NCBI GenBank assembly: GCA_002104905.1
Contig: MCFE01000093.1
Span: 1-64,000 of the forward strand
Reading direction: 5' to 3'
Source: Basidiobolus meristosporus CBS 931.73
Lineage: Eukaryota; Fungi; Basidiobolomycota
Length of the DNA: 64,000 bases
The translations under genes were made by a program, and so were the position numbers. Shown here piece after piece: positions 1 through 11,237 of this stretch. The notes beneath the pieces were generated by a model. The model saw nothing but the letters and a program-made list of their open reading frames with translations, was not told the origin of the DNA and did no database searches. Numbering within the stretch: the first letter of the stretch is position 1; every line of letters begins with the position of its first letter.

Positions 1-548
1 ATAGTTTTGGGATCAAGTTTGCGATCGGCAAAGGCGGAGCGATCTTTCATGAAGGCATCATCCTTAAGTGCGACATCATGCAATTGTGAGACAATATTGA
101 AGAAAAGAGTATTGTCAACCCACATTGTGAAAGCTCTGGCAAGGCCTTCAGAGCTTTCCTCGGAGTTGCCAAGCTTAGGATAGAAACTTGGTTCTGGGAA
201 GCTATAATTTAGGCTCAGATAATGTACAGCAGAAACGTTACGCTATTACTGGAACTAACCTCTTTTCAAGAGCTATGATAGCTGCCTTGGTGTCACAATA
301 GGTGTGGTTACCAATTTGCAAAACAGGAGATTTTCTGTAACCACCATCCAAAGGACGACGAAGAGGACGTGGTTCTAAGTGAGAGATAACGACGACCTTG
401 TATTCAACCCTCTTGTAGTTTAGTAACCAAGCTAATTTTGGCTGAAGGGAGACTCGGGATAAAAGTGCTACGAAAAGAGGAATTAGCCTGTGCAAGTAGG
501 GTTTTTCCAAGAGAGAATTACCAAGATGACGTCTTGGATATCTGGCAT
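1..548 (-). CDS. Glutathione S-transferase (GST_N_3-like), 5' part; runs off the window start; one apparent -1 homopolymer indel
   Basis: Reconstructed MPDIQDVIL / intron 521-468 (GTAATT..CGTAG) / HFYPESPFSQ[K]LAWLLNYKRVEYKVV..GGYRKSPVLQIGNHTYCDTKAAIIALEK / intron 259-202 / SFPEPSFYP... The thioredoxin-fold GST motifs SPF and PVLQIG..YCDT are present. One extra A is needed in the run at 436-439. Confidence 0.8.
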
Positions 549-862
549 AGTGGAGAAGGAATGGACGTTGTCGTTGAAAAGAAAAGCTTTTTAAGAACAG
601 AGGCTTGAATAACTGAATCAATATCGATGGGATTTGTCAGCAACAAGAAATGAAGTAATACTCAGCAATTACCCTTACCAATCCAAGTTTTTGGAATTTT
701 ATCAAAGGTTTACATCATTGTACCTTGACTGTAGTGTAATTAATGGATTTATTGTACAAATTATTTGACTAGTGAAGAGGTCCGTATTAAGTGACGTTAT
801 TTGACTAGTGATACCAAGTGACGTATCTTGGAGTTGAGTACTTATCTTACATTCAGAGAGGC

Positions 863-2670
863 TTAACGCTTTTGCATCTTGAGGTACTTGATGCCCCACG
901 AGAATAGGAATGCAGCGCCGGACATGCCAATGGCGATGATAAACACAATACGTAGGGTGTGAACGTAGACATCGATTACAGTTCGCCTCTCTTCGGCCGG
1001 AAGTGTGTTCAAAAATTCGAAATTACTCGTTGCCTCTTTGATGGGAACATGGAAATCCAGATGCTCCAGTCCGGTACTTAGCTTATTGTTGAACAACGCG
1101 CCAAAGATGGCAATCCCAAGAACTCCTCCAATGGTGCGGAAGAACGTTGACAAAGCAGTCACCACCCCCATATCTTTCGGTGTGACCGATGCCTGCCCCG
1201 CAAAAATCAAGGTTTGTATGCAGCAACCAGCGCCCACACCCAAGACAAGCAAGAAGCCGATCTGTTCTCCTCGGCTTGTTTCCGCATTCCAGACTGTCAG
1301 CAATCCCACTCCGACTGTCATGATGGCCGATCCAGCCCAGCACCAGATCACAATTACCCCGGTTTTCGAGACGATCAAACCAGAAATGATGCTTAATGTA
1401 GAGACCGACAGCATCATAGGCAGCATTTCAAGCCCAGAGGTGGTCGCCGAATCCCCACGCACAATCTGGAAGTATAGCGGAATGTAGTAGATCAAGCCGA
1501 AAAAAGCCATCCCAAAGAAGAACATGGTGATGAACGTAAACAACGGAGTACGCATGGAGAACAGGCGACAGGGGACAATAGGCTCCGCAGCAAATCGATA
1601 CTCGACAACGATGAAAGCAATCAAGAGCACTCCAGAGACACAGTAGAGTGCAATGATCTTGGGTGAAGTCCAAGCGTAAGTGTTACCACCCCATTGTGTG
1701 GGCAGCAGGAGGGTGATGATGAAGCCCAGGAGCAGTACGGTTCCTAGGAAATCAATTCGCATGATCTTCTCTTTCAGAGAGCCTTTAGCGGCTGGAAGAT
1801 GAAGATACAGGGTGACTATAACGACGGTAAGGGCGCCAATCGGAAGGTTGATATAGAAGGACCATCTAGAAACAGCGCGCTGTATGAACAAATGGAGTTT
1901 GTCTTCTAGACTAGCGAATCCGGGGCTTACCTCCAGGTACTATCGTCCGTAAAAACGCCACCCAAAAGAGGGCCAAGCACCGATGAAATACCATACTGCA
2001 ATTAACCTTATTAGCAAAGGAGCGATTGGGGCGAACAACGAATTGCACTTACTGTTGCTCCGATGAATCCCTGGTATTTTCCGCGCTCCCGGATCGGGAC
2101 AATCTCGGTGATGATGATGAACACCATTCCTTGAACTGAAGAAACGGTTAGCTCCAGAATGCTGTGAGTTTAGTCTGGCTTCGGCTCACTTACTCCCACC
2201 GCCACCGATACCGGCGATTGCTCTTGCGATGATGAGCATCGTCATGTTTTGTGAAGATCCACAAATAGCACTCCCAACTTCAAAGATGACGATGGCGAAT
2301 AGGAAAGCAGCCTTACGACCGAATATATCGGAGAACTGGCTGGAGTGTTAGAACAACGCGGTTTAGGGAAGCTGGGATACACATCGGAGCATACCTTTCC
2401 ATACAGCGGTTGGCAAGCAGTGGCAGTTAACATGTATGCAGTGGCCACCCAAGCAATTTGATCGAAAGCACCGAAATCCGAGGCGATCTTGGGCAGTGCA
2501 GTTGCTACAATGGTCTGATCCAAGCCAGCCAACAAGATGGATAATGCAAGACCAAGAAAGACTAATAAGAGTTTGGAAAACGGCATCTCCGTAGGGGAAG
2601 TTACTTTGGCAACATTTTTTTCTATATCCCCTTTGGCTTCTGCCAGCGTCGAGGCTGATTCGTTATTCAT
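863..2670 (-). CDS. MFS multidrug efflux transporter, DHA2 (14-TMS) family, spliced
   Basis: ATG at 2670. Motifs LDQTIVATALPKIASDF, YGK/FSDIFGRK, RWSFYINLPIG and FFRTIGGVLGIA; several GT-AG introns; stop at 863-865. Confidence 0.92.
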
Positions 2671-2706
2671 TGTTGATTCTGGGTAGCCAAACGCCCGATC
2701 CCATCC

Positions 2707-2793
2707 TTTTATACAAGTAGAGCTCCCAAATTGGGTAAAGCGTATTGGAAGATCCAAGGGTAAGCGTACTGGAAAGGCGTACTGGAAGATCTC
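2707..2793 (-). promoter_or_regulatory. TATA box plus three direct repeats upstream of the MFS gene
   Basis: TATAAAA on the minus strand at 2707-2713, ~40 nt upstream of the ATG. GCGTA(C/T)TGGAA occurs three times between 2740 and 2788. Confidence 0.45.
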
Positions 2794-3661
2794 TACCAAA
2801 CCTCGGGATCGCTCTTGTTAACGGCCGTGGTTCGGCGCCGAATTGGTTATGAGCTGTGACCGATATACCAAAATTGGAAATGGATAAGGTGTGATGGGGT
2901 TGCTCATGTCTGGGACTCATCCAATCAACAAAAAACATGGTTAGCGGGCAAAGAGTGAACGCCGACCTCCGTAGTATCAAGAGATCTATGTAAGCAAAAC
3001 TCTAGTGAGGATGGCACTATTTAGTAATTATCGGGATGCCACCCAATCCGCAACATGATTCCTCGCACCCTGACTCGCACCCCTGATTAGCGACAATTGG
3101 TCAGAAAGCCACAACACCGAATTAATCAGCATTGTTGTCATGGCTAATTTACGTAGTGCGCATTTATTCCCAATGAGTGGACATAGAAATTGAATTTGGG
3201 GCTTTGAAAATAATTCTAGTTCATGCCACACCATGCTCTACGCTTTATACTTTTATTTGAGTGCTAGAAAGTATGCATGATACCTACTCCACACAAAAAA
3301 ATCCTGGGGGTATTGAAAGGGATCTGGTGAACCAAAATAATTGCTTAATTGTATTTACTGCTTTGTGGAAATCAAGTGACATTTGAACATATTTAGAAGA
3401 GCCTCATAAAACTAAGAATAATTGGGGCTCAAAAATAGTCTCAGAAAGCTATGTACGAAGCTTGGAGTCTTTTGAATGGGTTTGAAAACTTTGCCTACAT
3501 TCAGGACTTCAGCGGACAACCAATATTGCACAAATCAGATCCCATGCAGCTATTCTAAAAGTTGGCAATCAGCTAAATAGCAATTTCGAATACATCAATA
3601 ATTTAGATGTAAGTTAAACAATCACAACAAACAGTACATTGACTCTTTTAGGGGAAGCTTT

Positions 3662-4012
3662 TGTTATAAATTCTGTAATTACACCTAAATATTGACCTAA
3701 CTTAGGGTTAGTTACTTGGATCACGCTCTGTAATCCTTAGAGGATTCTGGCCAAACTCCTGGTTAGGATTTACTTTGAATTTTTTCACCAAAATATCATG
3801 TATTCAGAACATCAAAGATCTTAGAGTTGTCTAAAGAGCCCAAAATCTGTGCACATGTCCTTGGGGCCTTCCTTAATATATTCTATGTGTTAGTTATGCT
3901 AAGATTGTATTGAAGTGTTAATTCTACTTCTACATTTAATATATTATCACATGAAAACCTCTTAGTCTACTTGTTCTCCCAGTCACTTCCAATATTTCAA
4001 ACTCCTTTAATG
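3662..4012 (+). mobile_element. Degenerate solo copia LTR
   Basis: Reverse-orientation, diverged match along its length to the copia LTR at 46376-46723; starts TGTTAT. Confidence 0.75.
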
Positions 4013-4189
4013 GCTTTTGAAAATAACTGGTATAAATTGAAGCTTGAGATCACTTGAGCAAGTTAAATTCTGAGGACTAATAAAGACAACAAATTGCGGT
4101 AGAGCAACTGCGCAGGTAGAAGTGAGTAATCCATGCCAAACCAAATAATTATATCAAAGTTGAAAGCAAAAGTATTTACAGAGATCCCA

Positions 4190-4800
4190 GATGCCATGAG
4201 GATTTTAAGGATATTAGGAGTGATTGGCAAAATACGTAGATTCTGTGGTTTTTGTTGTAAGAGTCCTGGAGATACTAGAAGTGATTTGGTGGACAAGTAG
4301 ATTATGTGGTTTTCACTTAATGATTTATTGAATGCAAAAGTAGTATTTATACTTTTACATGGTCTTGGCATTACAAACACGTAGAATATGTTAAGGAAGG
4401 TCCCAAGAACATGTGTGCAAAGTTTGGGGCTGTTTGGACAACTTATCTAATTTTCATGTTCTGGGTAAATATTCTAAGTAAATCCCGACAAGGAATTTGG
4501 TCAGTATTCTCTAGTATTTGAGGGTAATGATCCAAGTGACTAAGTTAGGTGAATATTTAGGTGGAATTCCGAATTTTTACAACAGTTTTCACTTGATGAT
4601 TTTTTGAATGTTATATTGGGATTTCTACTTTAACATGATCCTGGCAAAATAAACATGTACAATATGCTTAGGAAAGTCCTAAGAGCATGGGCGAAAGGCT
4701 CCGGGCGTTAAAGAACCCTAACAAACTTTGATGTTCTGGGTACCTACATTTTGATGAGACTATTCAAAGTAAAACCTGACAGAGATTTTGGTCAGAAAGT
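4190..4800 (-). mobile_element. Old copia LTR interrupted by a younger solo LTR
   Basis: LTR sequence (GTGATTGG..AGATTCTGTGGTTTT) resumes after 4589 as CACTTGATGAT..., colinear with the LTR consensus. Confidence 0.7.
4253..4584 (-). mobile_element. Solo copia LTR with perfect 5-bp TSD
   Basis: TGTTGT...ACAACA termini; GTTTT at 4248-4252 and 4585-4589. Confidence 0.9.
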
Positions 4801-4937
4801 AATAAAGCTTGCAGGCTAAGTTAATGTGAATGATTTATTGTCAACATAAAAACCAGGATGCTGCGTGCAAGGCTTGAGTAATATTGCCTTTGGTAATATC
4901 CAAGACTTCTATAATCATTAACAAGTAACACAAGCAT

Positions 4938-5269
4938 TGTTACAGAGTTTTGCAGATATTGGAAGTGATTGGGAGAACAAGTAGATCATGTGGTTTTAAC
5001 TTGATGATTTATTGAATGTAAAAGTAGTATTTATACTTTTGCATGATATTGGCATAACAAGTGTGTAGAAAGTGCTTAGGAAGGTCCCAAGAACATGTGT
5101 GCAAGGTTTTGGGGCTGTTTGGACAACTTTGAGATATTTGATGTTTTGGTGAAAATATTCAGAGTAAATCCCGACAAGGAATCTGGTCAGAATTCTCTAA
5201 GATTTGTAGACTATGATCTAGGTGACTAAGTTAGGTGAATATTTAGGTGTAATTACAATACTTACAACA
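4938..5269 (-). mobile_element. Solo copia LTR
   Basis: TGTTAC...ACAACA termini and LTR consensus throughout; flanks AGCAT/AACGT are only a 3/5 TSD match. Confidence 0.85.
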
Positions 5270-5683
5270 AACGTGATCCCAATAGAATTTTCAAGGCTCT
5301 AGTAGCAACTTCAGCTATATAATGGACTTGAAACGTTTGCTAGCTGAATGCATATATTACTTAATAATATTCTTAGTCACGTAGCCTCCATAGTAATCTC
5401 AGATGCGTGTTGAAAGCGCCAATATAAAATACTACGTAGTATTAGAACTGTGGCAAACATAAGGCAAGTTTGGGGTCAAATACAGGATAATTTCGCCCAA
5501 TTAGGCTTAGGACTTAGCCCTCATATGACAATCAATCAACGGCAGATATAGATGTTTCAATCTAACGAAATGCGTAGAATGATGCGTAGGATGAGATGCG
5601 TGGCTTTATTGAATATGAAGAACTGGTGATACTATTGATTAAATTATAACTCCAACTGGAACATTGGTGCATGCTAATATTGT

Positions 5684-6604
5684 TTACTGAACGTTACGTG
5701 CGTTGAACTTGATCACGTTACGAAGGGCCTGGAACTGTGACCAGCTCAACTGAGCAACCTTACGAGCTACTGCCCAACGAACACCCTCCTACATAAGGAA
5801 AGATTGTCAGAAATGAAAACCATTTACCGGGGGAAAGGGTATACGTACAGTGCAGGGAGGGGTGGTAAGACTACCCTCGTAAGCCCAGTATTCGTTCACA
5901 TTTTGAACTTCCTTGAAGAGACTGTGGAAATCGATGTTTGCAATGGTGGTAGAATGGCCGGCCTCTGTGGGAATATTTCTCTAAAGAGAAGATTAGTGTG
6001 GGAAATCATGCAGCATTGTATATCTCCGTCTACTTACAGTCTGACTGATCTGGTTCAAGAAGGTACTTCTCTTGCTGGTAGCTTCGAATACGATTCCAAC
6101 CACATGGTTCTTGTTAAGCTTGGCGTTGTTCAAGACAAAGTGGATCTCCATGTCGAAGTATTTTCCGAAAACATGATGCTCGGAAGGGGTGTGGATGTGG
6201 AATTGGCCGAGACGATAGGGGATGCCATCACGAACGATGGTGAGGTTGGTATGGCTTGGGAGGTTCACTTGCAATGTATGTCCGTTGTTGGTGACATTTA
6301 GCCCAGGAGTGCGAAGGTTAGGCCAATGGATGTTCAATGGCTTGTCAGTAATGATCTTTGCACTAGTGCGAGTCAAGTCGATGGGAGATTGGTATTTTCC
6401 TGTTTTGCAGGTTGCAAATTCAGGGCTCAAAAGGGCCCACTTATCAGGTCCGTCCTGGCCATCATACTACAAAGCAAACATGTCAGTGATTGAACGATCT
6501 CTTGGCCCAAGGTGTAAAAGACCTACCCCCCAATGAACGTCGCTAGAACTAGCACCGAGGAACTGAAGGGAAAGAAGAGCGATAGTAGTGAATTTCAAAA
6601 TCAT
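5684..6604 (-). CDS. Secreted alpha-class carbonic anhydrase, 4 exons
   Basis: Signal-peptide-like MILKFTTIALLSLQFLGASS; HWG/YDGQDGPDKW; QSPIDL; zinc ligands QFHIH and EIHFV; YEGSLTTPPCT/EGVRW; three GT-AG introns; TAA at 5684. Confidence 0.93.
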
Positions 6605-7103
6605 GATTGCAATGAAGAACAGAGCTCCATACTACGGCTTTTATAGTTACATACTTACGTTATGGGAAACTTCTCTTTGAATTCGTGTGACATGTATAGT
6701 AGTATAAAGATGCACCAAGAAATGGAGCACGGTGTCTATCTAATCTAGTCGAATTTAGAAGATCTAGGACAGTAGAAATCAGCACCACTAGCCCGGTCGC
6801 GCGATTTTTTCCCTATTTGGTTAATCTTTGCAACGAATTCTTTCCGAATCTCATCAGTCTAGGCGCGATCCCGGCCGATAATCTACACGCCAATACGGTG
6901 TAGGAAAAGAAGAGCGTGTACGTGTGCTGAGGTTAACGCTAACTCACAGACAATTGATGCATATGGAAGCTTCGGTTGTGTAAAGTTGTAATGTAACCAT
7001 AAATGGCCAACACAAATTAACCTCGAATTCTGCCTGTCACAAAAATTACCTTAACATGATTTATTGTTTTTGATAACAGGCTATTTATATGGAGCCGGAT
7101 ATA

Positions 7104-8459
7104 TTAAGCAAGACTACCCATAGGATCCCATGGGGGCAACACCACTGGCTCTTCTTTGAGCACCTCCAGCACCTTTTCCGGGATGTCTTCTTTTTCCAGC
7201 ACGATTTGGTACGTGAACTCATCAAACCAGCGATCAGACATACTCAAAAAGCCCTTATCCCCGGTATCCTCTCCCCAAGAGTTCGCCACGCGCCAACGGA
7301 CCGTCTTCTCTTCGGCATCGACATGCACTCCAGTAAACATCATTGCATGGGTCATTAGACTTTCACGGTAGCGCAGACGATCGGCCTTATTCAAATGAAA
7401 CTTCACCCCAAATGCCAATTCAAAGTCAAGCGACCCCATATCGAGTAGGCCAATCTGTCGAGCAAAGTGCTTGCCAACGTCACAGCCGAACCACACGGGT
7501 TTGCCTTTTCTCAGGGTTTTCGCAGCAAGCTCCTTGAACTCCTCAATTGGCAAGTTGATGTAGTGAACAGGCACCCCTCCCTTCACGTTTCCTAGATATT
7601 CTACTGTATACAGCTTATGGTATTCGTTGCGTGGGTCGTTGATCAAAGACACCGTCTCGGTAGCCTTGTATTCGACGTGTTCTTTGTAGAACTGGAGGGG
7701 GGTCAGGCCTTCAAACTGCTGGAATTTATTGTCCTTGTTGCGGAAAGACCAATCGAACTGTTTTGGTGGCTCACCGCAGGTAATTGCCATAATACGATAC
7801 ACCTCGCTAAGCATATCTTCCTTAGCCGAGCGTATTTCGTCAATGGATTTTCCGCTCTTGTGTAAAGCTCGCAGCTCTTGCGCGTATTCGCGTAGCTTGC
7901 AAGTTAACAGCCATCTCACTTGCACGGTATTGGAGGTTTGGAAAGTTTCAGGGAATACTGCTTTGGGAACAACACCATATTTTTCCACCAAGGAGACAAA
8001 CATGTCCCATTGTCCTCCATCCTGGATGGGATCCTTGAGTAAATACTGAACAGTACGATCATCGAGGTCCTTGTCGGCAAGCTCTATTATACTTTCCAGG
8101 AACCAGTTCGACTTTTCGATTTTATCATAGAAAAACAAGTAGGGCTGAGAGAGCTCAAGGTCGTCCAGTTTATATTTCTGCATTAAGCGAAGTCTCATGA
8201 CGTTCAGGCCCGCAAACAGCCAACAACGACCGCTGGCCTTTTGGTTTGTTGCTTTCCCCTCAACCTCGAGTTTATCGGAGAACACATGGTTAAACTGCTG
8301 ATTTGCCTTGCGGCTCAAGATGACATCGGCAATCTTGTTGCTCGCCATCGCGTTCAGCATCACCAAGTTCTTATCTTCGGCATTGAAGTCTTTTTCAAAC
8401 CGGGAGATCTGCTCAGTTGTGACTGAGGTGGCCAGGTCTTTACTAGTGTCAGTGCTCAT
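7104..8459 (-). CDS. LAP3: Bleomycin hydrolase / cysteine aminopeptidase (peptidase C1B), intronless
   Basis: Catalytic motifs NQKASGRCWLFA, SLMTHAM and VANSWG; C-terminal LPPWDPMGSLA; first real ATG at 8459. Confidence 0.96.
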   Translation of the reverse strand: MSTDTSKDLATSVTTEQISRFEKDFNAEDKNLVMLNAMASNKIADVILSRKANQQFNHVFSDKLEVEGKATNQKASGRCWLFAGLNVMRLRLMQKYKLDDLELSQPYLFFYDKIEKSNWFLESIIELADKDLDDRTVQYLLKDPIQDGGQWDMFVSLVEKYGVVPKAVFPETFQTSNTVQVRWLLTCKLREYAQELRALHKSGKSIDEIRSAKEDMLSEVYRIMAITCGEPPKQFDWSFRNKDNKFQQFEGLTPLQFYKEHVEYKATETVSLINDPRNEYHKLYTVEYLGNVKGGVPVHYINLPIEEFKELAAKTLRKGKPVWFGCDVGKHFARQIGLLDMGSLDFELAFGVKFHLNKADRLRYRESLMTHAMMFTGVHVDAEEKTVRWRVANSWGEDTGDKGFLSMSDRWFDEFTYQIVLEKEDIPEKVLEVLKEEPVVLPPWDPMGSLA

Positions 8460-8825
8460 GTAAAATAAACTCGAGATTCTTCTTAAGGAATACAGTTTGG
8501 CTATGGAAAGATTCGATGGCAGACACCCAACACAGATGATCACCTCTCAAATGGATTAATCTCCCCGAGCGACCTGGGAACGCTTGATATAGCACAGACT
8601 TGCGTAAGCGAATCACCAGGCCAATCCACCTGGGAAGTAGAGATCATGCTGCATATGAAAACCATATACAATCATGTTTCTGAGTACAGATTTAGCTGAG
8701 TTAGGGGGGCAGATGACCCCTATGTAACAGACAACAGTGACTGCGGTAGATGGGAGGATTTATTGTTGTGTCAAGGCTATATATTATGTTCCACGTGACT
8801 AATTACGGTCTATATATGCGATATA

Positions 8826-9976
8826 TCATGATTGGTAACCGTGCGTATACCCATAACAATAGGTAGGGTTGTATTCATATCCATAGGCTAGATACGAATC
8901 GTCGTGGCCACTGGGTTCCAGTAGTTGTAGCAAAGACTGCTCCAGTTGGTAGAGGTTTGACTGGAATTCGGAAAGGGGGGTTATTGTTGGAGGGAGAGCA
9001 TAGTGCTGGGTACCCGCGTATGGAAGAAGCCCTTTGTTTGGAAACCTTGGATGTATTAGCTGTGAAGGCTCTACATGAGCAAAGTCCGCCTGGTATATCT
9101 GTGAGCGATCCCACTTTGTTGCGGAATGCATTTGGAGACCATAGTGGTTATTCATCGGCTCGTAAAACGACTCGATCGACTCCGGCGTAAGTGACAACTG
9201 GGAATACGGGAATTCAGGGGTTCTCTCGGGGGAGGGCTCATCGTCATCTGGGATCACAATCATCTCTGGCGGGGCAGAATCGGTGTGTGCATGTATCTCT
9301 GGAGTGGCGGAGTATGAGTGGGTGCGGATCTCTGGAGTGGCAGTGTAAGACTCGACCCTCAAATGGGTAGGTGCCTGGGACTCAGGAGGTGAAGATGAGG
9401 ACGTCGCTTCACGCCTCTCCGGTTTTACTTGGTTGGTCTTCTTGGGCTTCCGTTTGGGTTGATATTTATAGTTTGGATACTTCAAAGAATGTATCCGCTT
9501 CTCCTCATTAGCCAGATCCCGATATAACATCTTGACCTCCTCCTTCTCCTTCCTCCACATCTCCCCAAGAATAACCGACACCTGCGAATCATTGATTCCC
9601 GGTCTCATAGCCACTACCTCGGTCCTACGATTCTGACGATAGATCATGAATGAATTCCGTGGCCGGGGGATTTTATCCACTGATGCATGGGAGCTCTTTC
9701 GTTTAGCAGTGGGCCTGGGCGAATGATGAATGAAGGGTGCTGGCTGCACATACGCTGGCTTCGACTGTGAAGGAAGGATGGATGATGGAAGGTTTAAAAA
9801 CCTCGCTGTGCCTTTGGGAGAGTACATTGCCACACATCTTTCCCCGCCCTTCCCTTTGTATTTGAACTCTGCTTGAGACCGGAGAAACTGAGAAGGAGGT
9901 TCTTAGATCCTTTGGTTCGGAAAATCCGATGGACTACCAGTCATACACCGCCTGGCTGGCTTCTTGGAATAGACAT
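8826..9976 (-). CDS. MATA/SOX-type HMG-box transcription factor, 2 exons
   Basis: HMG box KIPRPRNSFMIYRQ..ILGEMWRKE..YPNYKYQPKRK. Exon 1 MSIPRSQPGG (9976-9947) and intron 9946-9888 (GTATGA..CTAAG..TCTCAG) splice in frame. Confidence 0.85.
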
Positions 9977-11237
9977 GATTCACTGGGTAGTGATTAATCA
10001 ATTCTGAGAAAAACTCGGATCGCCAATATATTATATTTACATGTTACAAGCGCTGTATTAGGGGAATAGATATATGCTCGACTCAATCGTTGAACACAGA
10101 CACGAGGCAGTATTCATTCATAAAGTAGGAGACAAGGTTTATATACAATACAGGGGAAGGCTCAAAAGCTAAGTGAAGTTCAGTTGTAAGATATAAAAGC
10201 TAGCACCACCCCTATGACTCTTCTGAGGCTCGACCAGCAAAGAAGGTTTGCACCGAGTCGTCTACTATGCAGATGCCACCTCTTCTCTTCAAGGCATACT
10301 CGGGAATCACCGACTGTAAGGCATCCTCCAACTCCATGTTTTCGAAAGACAAGTTGGAAGGAGACTTCAAATCAGAATCTACACTATTGTTGAGCGAAGA
10401 TTGCGTGTTAAGTGGGTTTGTATCAGCAGCAGAAGACATATGCGAGAAGAAATAACAAACCGCCCAACCAACTCAGCATTACACAATATATCAACCTGGT
10501 ATCAACCTGGTCAACAACAGCAGCAAATAATTAAATTGAATATCACAAATCCAAAGTCAACCTTATCTACAATTCCCATTATCATTTATTTGATTTGCTT
10601 TATTTATTAATGTTATTTCCATTATCATTTATTACTACCATTATCGTCATTACTCTAGCCATTAAACTACCCGCATCATTATTTATTTTATTAATACCAT
10701 TATCATCACCACTATAGCCTTGAAATTACCAATACATTCATTGTTGCTTGGTTAGCACCAATCAATGAAGACCAGCTGACTAGGCATCAACCCCATTCTA
10801 GAGCAAAGCTTAATGTCACACGAATGTTATTTGCTGTTGATAACACTGATGGTTGACAACAACAGCAAGTGCTAGAGGTTGCGAGAGGGGATTCAAAAGG
10901 CCTTAAACCACAGCGGAAATGTACTGTCCATGGCCTATGTACGTATCCCTACCTTAGTGCACATAGGAAATTTCACCTTGTTTTGCTATTCTATTCGTAG
11001 GCTCAGCATTGCAGCACCGATGGTTCCGGATTTGGTTGGATTTTCCAATGTACCTTAATATTTATTAATAGTTAGGAACACAATTCTTGTTTTCGTCGAA
11101 TTCTATCTACAGTTATTGGTTCGTCGGGTGCGCCCCATTTTTCGAACAACAAGATAAATTCCATTTTAACGCCTTTCACCCGGTGTTGGGCCTCAATTCA
11201 ATTTGCTTCTTCATCCACACTCTCCTCTGTCTCTACA

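Noticed and set aside
3400-3660. Possible MULE/DNA-transposon remnant around the LTR nest
   Set aside because: Only vague, stop-interrupted frames; no diagnostic motif.
8826-9976. Calling the HMG gene the Mucorales-type sex locus
   Set aside because: No tptA or rnhA neighbour in the window, and HMG paralogs are common. Kept only as a candidate.
10488-10730. AT-rich short repeats (TATCAACCTGG x2; CCATTATCAT-like units)
   Set aside because: Low-complexity slippage repeats without regular spacers; not CRISPR-like and no element structure.
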